Part shown: positions 1 through 9,353 of the stretch, piece after piece
How positions within the stretch are numbered: the stretch's first letter is position 1
How the letters are laid out: each line of letters begins with the position of its first letter
Source of the DNA: an uncultured Tissierellia bacterium
GTDB lineage: Bacteria > Bacillota > Clostridia > Tissierellales > Peptoniphilaceae
NCBI GenBank assembly: GCA_902488465.1
Contig: CABTWE010000004.1
Span: 10,654-74,653, forward strand
Direction: 5' to 3'
DNA length: 64,000 bases
Notes under the pieces: generated by a model
Seen by the model: only the letters and a program-made list of their open reading frames with translations
What the model was told of the DNA's origin: nothing
Databases searched by the model: none
Position numbers and translations under genes: made by a program

Positions 1-19
1 TCTTTTTATCAAAAAACAT
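1..19 (-). CDS. 5' end of a gene running off the left edge (MFFDKK...), product unknown
   Basis: Minus-strand ATG at 19 preceded by a GGGAGAG SD and an extended -10 TGTTATAAT (47-55). Confidence 0.55.
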
Positions 20-89
20 AAAATCTCTCCCAACAAATATACATACATTATAACAGAAAAAAATTGAAATGGAAAATTTTTATATAAAA

Positions 90-98
90 TGATAAAAT
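90..98 (+). promoter_or_regulatory. Extended -10 (TGATAAAAT) for queG, possibly leaderless
   Basis: TGn-TAAAAT ends 6 nt before ATG 105; no SD upstream. Confidence 0.45.
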
Positions 99-104
99 AA
101 AAAT

Positions 105-1058
105 ATGGATAATAAATTTTTGAAACTTAAAGAAAATTTAAATTTGTTGGGCTTTGAAGAGTTTGGTATAATTCCAACGGCGTGTTATATTCAACCGCAT
201 TTTATTCCATCAATGGTCGATTATTACAATGAAAATCAGATTAAAAATAATTTTGATATGAGTGCATTCAATTCTATTATAGTTTTACTTATGAACTATC
301 GGCCGGAGAATTTAAAAAGTGGAAGAATGTCAATAGGTTCGAACGAAAAAGATTATCACATTGTGTTCAAGGAAAAGATTAGTGAGTTAGGCAATATGAT
401 GGACCTTGGAAATTTTTTAGGATATTCGGACACGGGCCCGCTTTTCGATAGAACGCTTGCACTTAAGGCAGGACTTGGTTTTATTGGGAAAAATGGGTGT
501 TTAATAAATCCAAGAATTGGCAGTTTTTTCTTCATCGGCTATGTGTTAACAGATTTAAAATTTGAAAAGTTTATTCCATATAAGGATAGTGAGTTTAAAA
601 ATACACTTTGCGAACATTGTACTAGATGTATTAAGGCTTGTCCAACATCAGCAATCGGGGAAGGGGAGTTTCGACCTATGAGGTGCCTTTCGCATCTTAC
701 ACAAACGAAAAAACCGGACCCCGATCTTGAAGGAAAGATTAAAACATTTTACGGTTGTGATATATGTCAAAAAGTTTGTCCGTATAATTCAGATAAAGCA
801 AGTGGTATGATTGAATTTTTATCGGGAGATGATATGAGCTATGAGGATTTATTTACACTTTCAAATAAGGAGTTTAAAAAGATTTATGGGGAGAAAGCAT
901 TTTTTTGGAGAGGTCGGTCAATTATAAAAAGAAATGCAATTATAAGGGCTCATAATTTGAAAGATGAATCAATTGTAAAATACTTAGAAGAGGAGCTCAA
1001 AAAAGATAATATTACAAAAGAATATATTTTAAAATATTTTTTGGATTTTATTAAATAA
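105..1058 (+). CDS. queG: Epoxyqueuosine reductase QueG
   Basis: DYH motif, DTGPL..R, AGLGFIGKN, two Fe-S motifs CEHCTRCIKACPT and YGCDICQKVCP. Confidence 0.92.
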   Translation: MDNKFLKLKENLNLLGFEEFGIIPTACYIQPHFIPSMVDYYNENQIKNNFDMSAFNSIIVLLMNYRPENLKSGRMSIGSNEKDYHIVFKEKISELGNMMDLGNFLGYSDTGPLFDRTLALKAGLGFIGKNGCLINPRIGSFFFIGYVLTDLKFEKFIPYKDSEFKNTLCEHCTRCIKACPTSAIGEGEFRPMRCLSHLTQTKKPDPDLEGKIKTFYGCDICQKVCPYNSDKASGMIEFLSGDDMSYEDLFTLSNKEFKKIYGEKAFFWRGRSIIKRNAIIRAHNLKDESIVKYLEEELKKDNITKEYILKYFLDFIK

Positions 1059-1176
1059 AAGATTTCTTATGAAGTCTTTTATTTTTTTTATTATTGGGTA
1101 TATATAATTTAGTTACAAAAAAATTTCAAAATATGTAACGTAATCATTCAAATATCTTTATTTTATAATTTGGATA

Positions 1177-1219
1177 TGGTATAATGAAATTAATGAGAAA
1201 AATGTGATTTAAATTACAT
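1177..1219 (+). promoter_or_regulatory. Extended -10 (TGGTATAAT) plus downstream 18-bp dyad ATGTGATTTAAATTACAT (Rex/CRP-FNR-like)
   Basis: TG-G-TATAAT 1177-1185; TGTGA-N6-TTACA at 1203-1218. Confidence 0.5.
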
Positions 1220-1290
1220 AATATAAATTTATATTCTAAAATGTTTTATAAATCAAATATATTATTTTTCTTAATAAAAGGAGGATTAAC

Positions 1291-3348
1291 ATGAAAGCAT
1301 ATACTGCGGATAACATCAGAAACATATCCCTTTTGGGGCACTCAAGCTCCGGTAAAACAACTTTTACCGAAGGAGCATTGTTTGCAACGGGCGTGACTTC
1401 AAGACAAGGAAGAGTTGAAGATAAAAATACAGTTTCCGACTTTGACAAGGAAGAAATGAGTAGAGGAGTTTCAATCGGCACTTCTGTAATTCCTGTTGAA
1501 TACAACAACATCAAGTACAACATCTTGGACACACCGGGTTATTTCGACTTTATTGCTGAAATGTATGGAGCAAAAAGAGTTTCGGACGGTTCCGTAATTA
1601 TTATCGACGCTCAAGCGGGTGTTGAAGTAGGAACTGAAAAGGCTTGGAACAACGTTGAAAAATACAATACACCGAGACTTATATTTTTAAATAAGATGGA
1701 CAAGGAAAATGTTAAGTTTGAAAAGGTCTATCAACTTATAAAACAAAAACTTGGAGACAAAGTAATTCCATTTACAATTCCAATTGGAGATGGTGATGAA
1801 TTTAAAGGTTGCTACGACGTTCTGGACAAAAAATACCACAAGTTCGACGGTCCTGACGGAGTTGTTGAAGACGCTCCGCAAGAATTGATTGACAAATGTC
1901 AAAAATACATCTCCGCTCTTAATGAAATTGTCGCAGAGAGCGATGAAGAGCTTATGGAAAAGTATTTCGCCGACGAACCGTTTACACAAGAAGAATTTAT
2001 TAGAGGTATAAAATCTGCCGTTGCTTCAGGGGAACTTTGTCCTCTGTTTATTGGAGTTGCAACAAAGGGTATAGGCGTTAAGAGAATTTTAGACGCTGTT
2101 ATGAGATATATCCCAAGTCCTAAGGATCACCCGATTCAAAAGGGTATTTGGGACGAACAAATTATTGAAAGAACAACTGACGTTAATGATAAGTTTTCAG
2201 CAGTTGTATTCAAGACAATTGTTGACCCGTTTGTTGGAAAGCTCTCATTATTTAAAGTTCTTTCCGGCAAAATTACAAAGAACACAGTTTTATATAACTC
2301 AGGAAAAGACAAGACCGAAAAAATGGGCGGACTGTTCTATCTAAGAGGTAAGACACAAATAGATACTGACGAAATTACAGCGGGCGATATTGGAGCTATG
2401 TCAAAACTTCAATATACTGAAACAGGTGATACGCTTTGTGACGAAGATAATCCTATTGTTTATGAACCACTTAGATATCCGAAGCCGACGTTATTTATGG
2501 CAGTATATCCAAAGAAACAAGGCGACGAAGATAAGATGGCTCAAAGTCTGTATAAACTCCATGATGAAGATCCGTCATTTGTTATTGAAAGGAACAGTGA
2601 AACAAAGGAACTTTTAATCGGCGGACAAGGAAACATGCAGCTTCAAGTTATTCAAGATAAACTCTTAAATAGATTTGGAGTTGATGTAGAACTTAAAAAT
2701 CCAAAGATTGCATACAGAGAAACAATTACAAAGGTTGCATCAGTTCAAGGTAAGCATAAAAAACAATCCGGTGGTGCAGGTCAATATGGAGATGTTTGGA
2801 TTAGGTTTGAACCGTGCGATGAAGACTTTATATTTGATGAAGAGGTTTTCGGAGGTGCAGTTCCTAAGAACTACTTCCCGGCTGTTGAAAAAGGTTTGAG
2901 AGAATCAATTGAACACGGAATTCTTGCAGGTTATCCTGTAGTTCATATGAAAGCTGTATTATATGATGGAAGTTACCATGACGTTGACTCAAACGAAGTT
3001 TCATTTAAAATCGCTGCACAACTTGCATTCAAAAAAGGTATGGAAGAAGCAGCACCGGTTTTATTGGAACCGATTGTAAAAGCGGAAATCTCGATTCCGG
3101 AAGAATACTTGGGGGATGTTATGGGTGACATGAATAAACGTCGTGGAAGAATTCTCGGAATGGAACAACAAAGAGACGGAAGCCAAAAGATTATTGCAGA
3201 AGCACCGCATGCTGAAATGTTCGAATACGCAATCGATTTAAGAGCAATGACTCAATCGAGAGGTTCATTTGAAATGGAATTCGTTCGCTATGAACAAGTT
3301 CCGCAAGAAATTGCAAAGAAAATCAAAGAAGCTAGTGAAAACAATTAA
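1291..3348 (+). CDS. fusA2: Elongation factor G paralogue (EF-G2 type)
   Basis: Full EF-G domain layout outside the str operon; G1 GHSSSGKT, switch II DTPGYFDF, NKMD, domain IV GGAGQYG and DGSYHDVDS; strong AAAGGAGG SD. Confidence 0.9.
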   Translation: MKAYTADNIRNISLLGHSSSGKTTFTEGALFATGVTSRQGRVEDKNTVSDFDKEEMSRGVSIGTSVIPVEYNNIKYNILDTPGYFDFIAEMYGAKRVSDGSVIIIDAQAGVEVGTEKAWNNVEKYNTPRLIFLNKMDKENVKFEKVYQLIKQKLGDKVIPFTIPIGDGDEFKGCYDVLDKKYHKFDGPDGVVEDAPQELIDKCQKYISALNEIVAESDEELMEKYFADEPFTQEEFIRGIKSAVASGELCPLFIGVATKGIGVKRILDAVMRYIPSPKDHPIQKGIWDEQIIERTTDVNDKFSAVVFKTIVDPFVGKLSLFKVLSGKITKNTVLYNSGKDKTEKMGGLFYLRGKTQIDTDEITAGDIGAMSKLQYTETGDTLCDEDNPIVYEPLRYPKPTLFMAVYPKKQGDEDKMAQSLYKLHDEDPSFVIERNSETKELLIGGQGNMQLQVIQDKLLNRFGVDVELKNPKIAYRETITKVASVQGKHKKQSGGAGQYGDVWIRFEPCDEDFIFDEEVFGGAVPKNYFPAVEKGLRESIEHGILAGYPVVHMKAVLYDGSYHDVDSNEVSFKIAAQLAFKKGMEEAAPVLLEPIVKAEISIPEEYLGDVMGDMNKRRGRILGMEQQRDGSQKIIAEAPHAEMFEYAIDLRAMTQSRGSFEMEFVRYEQVPQEIAKKIKEASENN

Positions 3349-3379
3349 AAGGGATACAAAAAATATATAGATTATGTAC

Positions 3380-3414
3380 AAAAAAACCGGGTTGATTCAT
3401 TCAATCCGGTTTTT
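3380..3414 (+). terminator. Intrinsic terminator, probably bidirectional
   Basis: Stem AAAAACCGGGTTGA/TCAATCCGGTTTTT between convergent genes. Confidence 0.85.
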
Positions 3415-3529
3415 GGTTGTTGTTTATTTGTTTCGAATAATTTAGTTTTAAAATAGATTTCTTGCTTTACGATTAAATTTTATGAAATTAAACGAAAAGC
3501 AAATATAAAATTAAATAGTATATATTGCT

Positions 3530-5347
3530 TTATTTCCCGCTTTTTAGTTCATCTAAAAATCTGGAAATTTTAAATTCTTGATTGCCGTCATTTTTGTATG
3601 CATACATAAATAAATTTTCTTTAGCACGTGTCATACCGACATAGAGAAGTCGTCTTTCTTCTTCGAGTTCGTTTTTAGTGATATGTTCGCCCGGAATCTC
3701 GCTGTTTAAAAGATCGAGAAGTATAACGGTGTCGAATTCGAGCCCTTTTGACGCATGCATGCTCATGAGTTTTATCTTACTTCTACTTTCTCTTAACGCC
3801 ATATTCTTTATGTCTTCGAGGCGATTCAAAAATTCTTCGATATCATTGCATCCGTTTGAAATGATTCTTAGCGTTCTAAAATGCCTCATGTATCCTTCGA
3901 GCCCACGGTTATTAAGACGTTTGAAGTGATTAAGATAGTCGAGATAGCCGCAGTGATTCAGCAATATGTCGAGACCATTTTTCGAAAAATTTTTGATAAG
4001 CGCACGTCTCGAATACTCGAGCTCCTCAATGAGCTCTTTTTTGTATGACGGCACATCGAAGTTGTTGTATATTTTTTCAAAATAAGTTTCGCCCAATGAA
4101 TGCTTGATTGAATTTATTTCTTTTCTCGAGATGTAACCCTTTAATTTGAAATATACATTTGAATAGCTTTCGATGTTGGATGGGTCATTAAAGAACTTTA
4201 AAATATCAGTTATGTCTTTATATACAACTTGGTTGAAAAAGTCAATATTGTGGTCTTTTAGTTCAAATGAAATCATTTCTCGATCAAGTGCATCCATAAG
4301 TGCAACTGCTGAAAGATTGTTTCGATAAATCAATGCAACTTCGCCATTCGTGTCTTTTATGGTTTTTATAATATTACTGTATTGTGATTTGCGAGATTTC
4401 ATTATCCTCACCTTTACAGTAGAGGATTTATCTTTATCTGCACAAATATTTTTTTTGTATCTTATATTGTTGTTTTTTATGAGTTTCGATGCAGAGTTTA
4501 CGATCTCAAATCTAGAACGATAATTTGTTTCAAGATAAATAATTTTTGCATTTTTAAATTCTTCGCCGAAGCGCATAAGCATTTCCGGATTCGCGCCGCG
4601 AAAACGATAAATACTTTGGTCGTCATCTGCAACTGCGAAAAGATTTTCCTTTGCAGTCAGTAGGCTTTTTATTATAGACCATTGAATTGTTGATGTGTCT
4701 TGAGCTTCGTCTAGGGAGATGTATTTGAATTTATTTTTGTAATAGTTTCTTATTTCGTTATCCTCTTTTAAAAGCTTATCTGCAACAATCAAAAGGTCGT
4801 CGAAGTCATACAAATCATTCTTGTTTTTATAATTTTCGTAGTCGTTATAATATTCCTCGAAATTGTTTAATATCATTGAACGGTCTTCGGAAGATGTTGG
4901 AGAACCTAGAGTTTTCATATTGCTTATTGCACTCAAAAGATTTCGATATTCTTCTATTGTGAGCGGGATATTTTCAAGTCGCATTTTTGTATGGTTTAAA
5001 ATATCAAATCTAAGACTCCCGAGTCGTCTGTCTTCAATCATTCGGAAGCGTTTATTTTCTTTTTCACATTTGAGTGCGACAATATCATAACAAAGTGAGT
5101 GAATTGTTTTTATGTTTTGAACTTTTATGTCGTCGCCAAGCTCTTCAATTCTTCTTTTCATATCGTTTGCAGACGCACGTGTGAAAGTTAAGGCAAGAAT
5201 TTGTGAAGGAAGAACGCTATGAACTTTAACGAGATTAATAATTCTCTGAATAAGTATCGTTGTTTTTCCGGCACCGGGAACAGCAAGCACGAGACATGGA
5301 CCATCGACATGTTTAATTGCTTTTATTTGTGATTCCGAAAATTGCAT
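3530..5347 (-). CDS. SF1 ATP-dependent DNA helicase, UvrD/PcrA/YjcD-like
   Basis: AVPGAGKT, LTFT, DEAQD, ADDDQSIYRFRGA, NYRS, HASKGLEF, EEERRLLYVGMTRA. Confidence 0.92.
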   Translation of the reverse strand: MQFSESQIKAIKHVDGPCLVLAVPGAGKTTILIQRIINLVKVHSVLPSQILALTFTRASANDMKRRIEELGDDIKVQNIKTIHSLCYDIVALKCEKENKRFRMIEDRRLGSLRFDILNHTKMRLENIPLTIEEYRNLLSAISNMKTLGSPTSSEDRSMILNNFEEYYNDYENYKNKNDLYDFDDLLIVADKLLKEDNEIRNYYKNKFKYISLDEAQDTSTIQWSIIKSLLTAKENLFAVADDDQSIYRFRGANPEMLMRFGEEFKNAKIIYLETNYRSRFEIVNSASKLIKNNNIRYKKNICADKDKSSTVKVRIMKSRKSQYSNIIKTIKDTNGEVALIYRNNLSAVALMDALDREMISFELKDHNIDFFNQVVYKDITDILKFFNDPSNIESYSNVYFKLKGYISRKEINSIKHSLGETYFEKIYNNFDVPSYKKELIEELEYSRRALIKNFSKNGLDILLNHCGYLDYLNHFKRLNNRGLEGYMRHFRTLRIISNGCNDIEEFLNRLEDIKNMALRESRSKIKLMSMHASKGLEFDTVILLDLLNSEIPGEHITKNELEEERRLLYVGMTRAKENLFMYAYKNDGNQEFKISRFLDELKSGK

Positions 5348-5489
5348 AACCCTTCCTCCTTATGTAAAATGAACATTTATATTATACACGAAATTTTATT
5401 ATATGTCTAAGAATTTGATTTTTACTGTTTATTTTAAGATTGTTATGTTATAATTAATATATTGTATGTATTCTTTTTGGAGGTAGTAT

Positions 5490-6122
5490 ATGACTTTAAA
5501 TGTTTTAAAGAAAAATCTTGGAATATACGGGGCTAACACGTATATTTTATATGATGACAAAAAAGAAGCTGTCGTTATAGATTGTGGGGGCGATGCCGAT
5601 GAAGTTGAAAAACTCTTGAATGAACATGATTTAAAACCACTAGCTTTAATCCTTACACACGGACATTTCGACCACATTGCAGGCATGAACAATTTAAGAG
5701 AGATTACCGGTGCACCGATTTACGGATGCGAAAAGGAAAGGGACTTATTTGAAGATGCACAAAATAATTTATCACAATCAACACTTGTAGGTCCTATAAC
5801 TTTAAAATGTGACCACTATTTTAATGACGGCGACGAACTTAAGTTTGGAGATATTAAATTAAAAGTTCTTGCAACTCCGGGACACACTGAAGGCTCTGTT
5901 TGTCTTTATAACGATGAAATGATATTTACAGGCGACACACTTTTTAATAGGAGTGTCGGTAGAAGTGATTTATATTCCGGCAATCAAGCACATCTTAACG
6001 AATCACTTAAAAAAATGCGAGATATGTTTGATGGAAAGCTTATTGTTTATCCGGGACATGGCCCTGAATCCACGATGAAATTTGAGGTCGAAAATAATCC
6101 GTATATAACAGGTTTAGTATAA
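5490..6122 (+). CDS. MBL-fold metallo-hydrolase (glyoxalase II-like)
   Basis: THGHFDH, TPGHT, FTGDTLF, PGHG; usual neighbour of hemZ. Confidence 0.92.
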   Translation: MTLNVLKKNLGIYGANTYILYDDKKEAVVIDCGGDADEVEKLLNEHDLKPLALILTHGHFDHIAGMNNLREITGAPIYGCEKERDLFEDAQNNLSQSTLVGPITLKCDHYFNDGDELKFGDIKLKVLATPGHTEGSVCLYNDEMIFTGDTLFNRSVGRSDLYSGNQAHLNESLKKMRDMFDGKLIVYPGHGPESTMKFEVENNPYITGLV

Positions 6123-7513
6123 TGATAGACATTAAATGCAACAACATCTCTACTCATAAAACATGGGAGGAAATGATAAAAGCATTTTTTGACTATATAC
6201 CTTTCGAAGAATATGATGAAAATATCCTGTTTGAAATAACAAAAAATGATAATTCAATCAATTTAAAAATTTTCAAAGATAAGGAACTTTTTGGGGAAGG
6301 AACAACAGAAATATCTCCACTTGATGAAGTAAGGGCGACAAAAGTTCTTATTTACGAAGTTTTATCTCGAGTTTTAAAAAGAGATTTACCTTGGGGAACA
6401 CTCACGGGTATTCGGCCGGTAAGTTTTTTCAATTGGACAAAAAAGCAATATGGAAATGAACTTGGGAGAGAAATTTTCTCTACAAAATATCATGTGCGTG
6501 CCGACAAAGTTGAATTATGCGAAGAAATTGAAAATATTGAGCATAAAACAATGACTCAGTATAAGGATAACCACTTGATCTATATTCATATTCCTTTTTG
6601 TGAAACCAGATGCAACTATTGCAGTTTTTCGGTTATGACAATGGACAAATTTGGAAAATGGATGGATAAATATTTCGAAACGCTTTTGAAAGAAATCGAA
6701 GAAGGTTACGATATTTTACCTCCCGAAAAAGCATGTAGCCTTTATATAGGTGGAGGAACACCGTCGACTCTTAGCATTGAGAAGACAAAGAAACTTTTGT
6801 CGGTCATAAATGAAAAGTTTAAAAATTTGGTAGAGATAACTTTTGAAGCGGGAAGACCTGAGAGTATAACTACAGAGCTTCTCGAAGTTTTACAGAGTGA
6901 AGGCGTTTCAAGAATTAGTATTAATCCACAGTCTATGCAACAAAAAACGCTCGACTCAATCGGTAGAAAGCACACCGTCGAGGATATATATGCTGCATTC
7001 GAGAGAGCAAAGAAATATGACATCGACGTAAATACGGATATGATAATAGGTTTTAAAGGTGAGGGCGTTCATGATGTGACGGACACACTTTCAAAACTTA
7101 TTGCACTTGAACCGGAAAATATAACTGTGCATTCACTTGCACTTAAAACCGGGAGTCGAATTAAAAATCAGAACGTTGATTTTTCGTATGAAGAATTTAT
7201 TGATAGAAGAAATATTTATGACATTCTTAGAAAAAATTCTTATAGACCATATTATTTATATAGACAAAAACGTCAAGTAGGTGAAGCTGAAAACATCGGT
7301 TTTTCAAAAGAAGGAAAGGAAAATATTTTTAATATTCTTTCGATGAATGACGAAAATCATGTTCTGGCTTTTGGAATGGGAGCAGTTTCAAAGTTTGTAG
7401 ATAAAAATTTGGACTGCCACAGAGTTTTCGGATTTAGAGATGTCATTTATTATATAGAGCATTTAAATGAATTAAATGAAAATAAAAGAGAAATTGTAGA
7501 GAAATATTTGTAA
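6122..7513 (+). CDS. hemZ: Radical SAM protein HemZ (coproporphyrinogen dehydrogenase family)
   Basis: PWGTLTGIRP, YIHIPFCETRCNYC, GGGTP, EAGRP, PYYLYRQK. Confidence 0.9.
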   Translation: MIDIKCNNISTHKTWEEMIKAFFDYIPFEEYDENILFEITKNDNSINLKIFKDKELFGEGTTEISPLDEVRATKVLIYEVLSRVLKRDLPWGTLTGIRPVSFFNWTKKQYGNELGREIFSTKYHVRADKVELCEEIENIEHKTMTQYKDNHLIYIHIPFCETRCNYCSFSVMTMDKFGKWMDKYFETLLKEIEEGYDILPPEKACSLYIGGGTPSTLSIEKTKKLLSVINEKFKNLVEITFEAGRPESITTELLEVLQSEGVSRISINPQSMQQKTLDSIGRKHTVEDIYAAFERAKKYDIDVNTDMIIGFKGEGVHDVTDTLSKLIALEPENITVHSLALKTGSRIKNQNVDFSYEEFIDRRNIYDILRKNSYRPYYLYRQKRQVGEAENIGFSKEGKENIFNILSMNDENHVLAFGMGAVSKFVDKNLDCHRVFGFRDVIYYIEHLNELNENKREIVEKYL

Positions 7514-7565
7514 TATATGATTATAAGTATTATAATGTAGATTAGATTATTAAGGAGGATTTTTT

Positions 7566-9353
7566 ATGAGAGGAATGGGAAGCTTAAGACGAAGCGTTAT
7601 GTGCGGAGACTTAAGAAGTAAAGATATATCAAAAGAAGTTGTTGTAATGGGTTGGGTTCAAAGAAGCAGAAACCTTGGCTCACTTATTTTTACAGACGTG
7701 AGAGACTTGAAAGGCATTGTTCAAGTTGTTTTCAATGAAGAAAACAAAAATCTCTTTGAAAGTGCAGAGGAACTCAAAAATGAATATGTTGTTGCAGTAA
7801 AGGGAATTGTTCGTGAACGTTCAAGCAAAAACGAAGAACTTCCTACAGGGGAAATTGAAATTCTAGCAAGCGAATTACAAATTCTTGACGTTGCAAACAC
7901 GCCACCAATCTATATTAAAGATGACGACAATGTAAAAGAAGAAGCAAGATTGAAATACAGATATCTCGATTTGAGAAAACCGAGAATGCAAAATATTTTG
8001 ATGCAAAGATCAAAACTTATGCACATCATCAGAAACTTCTACTATGAACACGGTTTCCATGAATTTGAAACTCCAATCTTAGGAAAGAGCACACCGGAAG
8101 GCGCAAGAGACTATCTTGTACCGTCAAGAATTCACTCGGGTGAATTTTATGCACTTCCGCAAAGTCCGCAAATTTATAAACAACTTTTGATGGTTGCAGG
8201 CATGGATAGATATTTCCAAATTGCAAAATGTTTCAGAGACGAAGACTTGAGACAAAACAGACAACCTGAATTCACTCAAGTTGACGTTGAAATGAGCTTT
8301 GTTGACGTGGATGATGTCATTTCGATTCATGAAGAATTATTTAAGCAATTATTTAAAGAAATGGTAAACGTTGACATTGAACTTCCGATTATGAGAATGA
8401 AGTTTGACGATGCGATGGAAAACTACGGAGTAGACAAACCGGATTTAAGATTCGGAATGGAACTTAAAACTTTAAATGATTTGTTTAAAGACAGCGAATT
8501 TAACGTTTTCAAATCGACAATCGAAGATGGCGGTAGAATTAGGGCTATAAATGTTCCGGGTGGAGACGAACACATTTCGAAAAAAGGCATGAAGAAACTC
8601 GAATCTTTTGTAAAGGATTTTAAAGCTAAGGGCCTTATCCACTTGAGATACGACGATGAAAAATCAAGCTCAATCGATAAATTCATTACAGAAGAAGAAA
8701 AAGATAAAGTGTTTGAATTTATGGGTTCGAAAAAAGGTGATATTGTTTTAATTGTTTGTGACACATTCAAAATCACATGTGCAGCCCTTGGAAACTTGAG
8801 AAATAAACTCGCAGCAGACATGGGACTTTTAAAGAAAGGCGACTACAAACTTCTCTGGATTGTAGATTTCCCACTCTTTGAATATGACGAAGAATCAGGT
8901 AGATATGTTGCAGAACACCATCCGTTTACAAGTCCGAGATTTGAAGATGAAGATAAGATGCTCACCGAACCTGACAAATGTTATGCAAAAGCATACGATA
9001 TTGTTATAAACGGAGAAGAAATGGGCGGCGGTTCAATAAGAATAAACAACTCCGACCTTCAAGACAAGATGTTTAAAGCAATCGGTTTTACTGAAGAAGA
9101 AGCTCAAAAACAATTCGGATTTATGATTGAAGCTCTTAGCTATGGAACACCACCGCACGGAGGACTCGCTCTTGGCCTCGACAGAATGGTTCAACTATTT
9201 ACAGATACTCCGAACATCAGAGACGTTATTGCATTCCCTAAAACACAAAGTGCAACATGTATGATGACGGACGCTCCTTCAACCGTTTCGGATGCACAAC
9301 TAGATGAAGTGCATCTCGACGTAAGAAAAACAGAATCTAATGAAGAAAACTAA
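7566..9353 (+). CDS. aspS: Aspartate--tRNA ligase
   Basis: RLKYRYLDLR, STPEGARDYLVP, FRDEDLR..RQPEFTQ, PPHGGLALGLDR. Confidence 0.97.
   Translation: MRGMGSLRRSVMCGDLRSKDISKEVVVMGWVQRSRNLGSLIFTDVRDLKGIVQVVFNEENKNLFESAEELKNEYVVAVKGIVRERSSKNEELPTGEIEILASELQILDVANTPPIYIKDDDNVKEEARLKYRYLDLRKPRMQNILMQRSKLMHIIRNFYYEHGFHEFETPILGKSTPEGARDYLVPSRIHSGEFYALPQSPQIYKQLLMVAGMDRYFQIAKCFRDEDLRQNRQPEFTQVDVEMSFVDVDDVISIHEELFKQLFKEMVNVDIELPIMRMKFDDAMENYGVDKPDLRFGMELKTLNDLFKDSEFNVFKSTIEDGGRIRAINVPGGDEHISKKGMKKLESFVKDFKAKGLIHLRYDDEKSSSIDKFITEEEKDKVFEFMGSKKGDIVLIVCDTFKITCAALGNLRNKLAADMGLLKKGDYKLLWIVDFPLFEYDEESGRYVAEHHPFTSPRFEDEDKMLTEPDKCYAKAYDIVINGEEMGGGSIRINNSDLQDKMFKAIGFTEEEAQKQFGFMIEALSYGTPPHGGLALGLDRMVQLFTDTPNIRDVIAFPKTQSATCMMTDAPSTVSDAQLDEVHLDVRKTESNEEN

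Noticed and set aside
5348..5420. LexA box before the UvrD-like helicase
   Set aside because: Only the GAAC half-site is present; there is no GTTY at the right spacing
9340..9353. 6S RNA between aspS and tcdA, as in B. subtilis
   Set aside because: The two genes overlap by 14 nt, leaving no room
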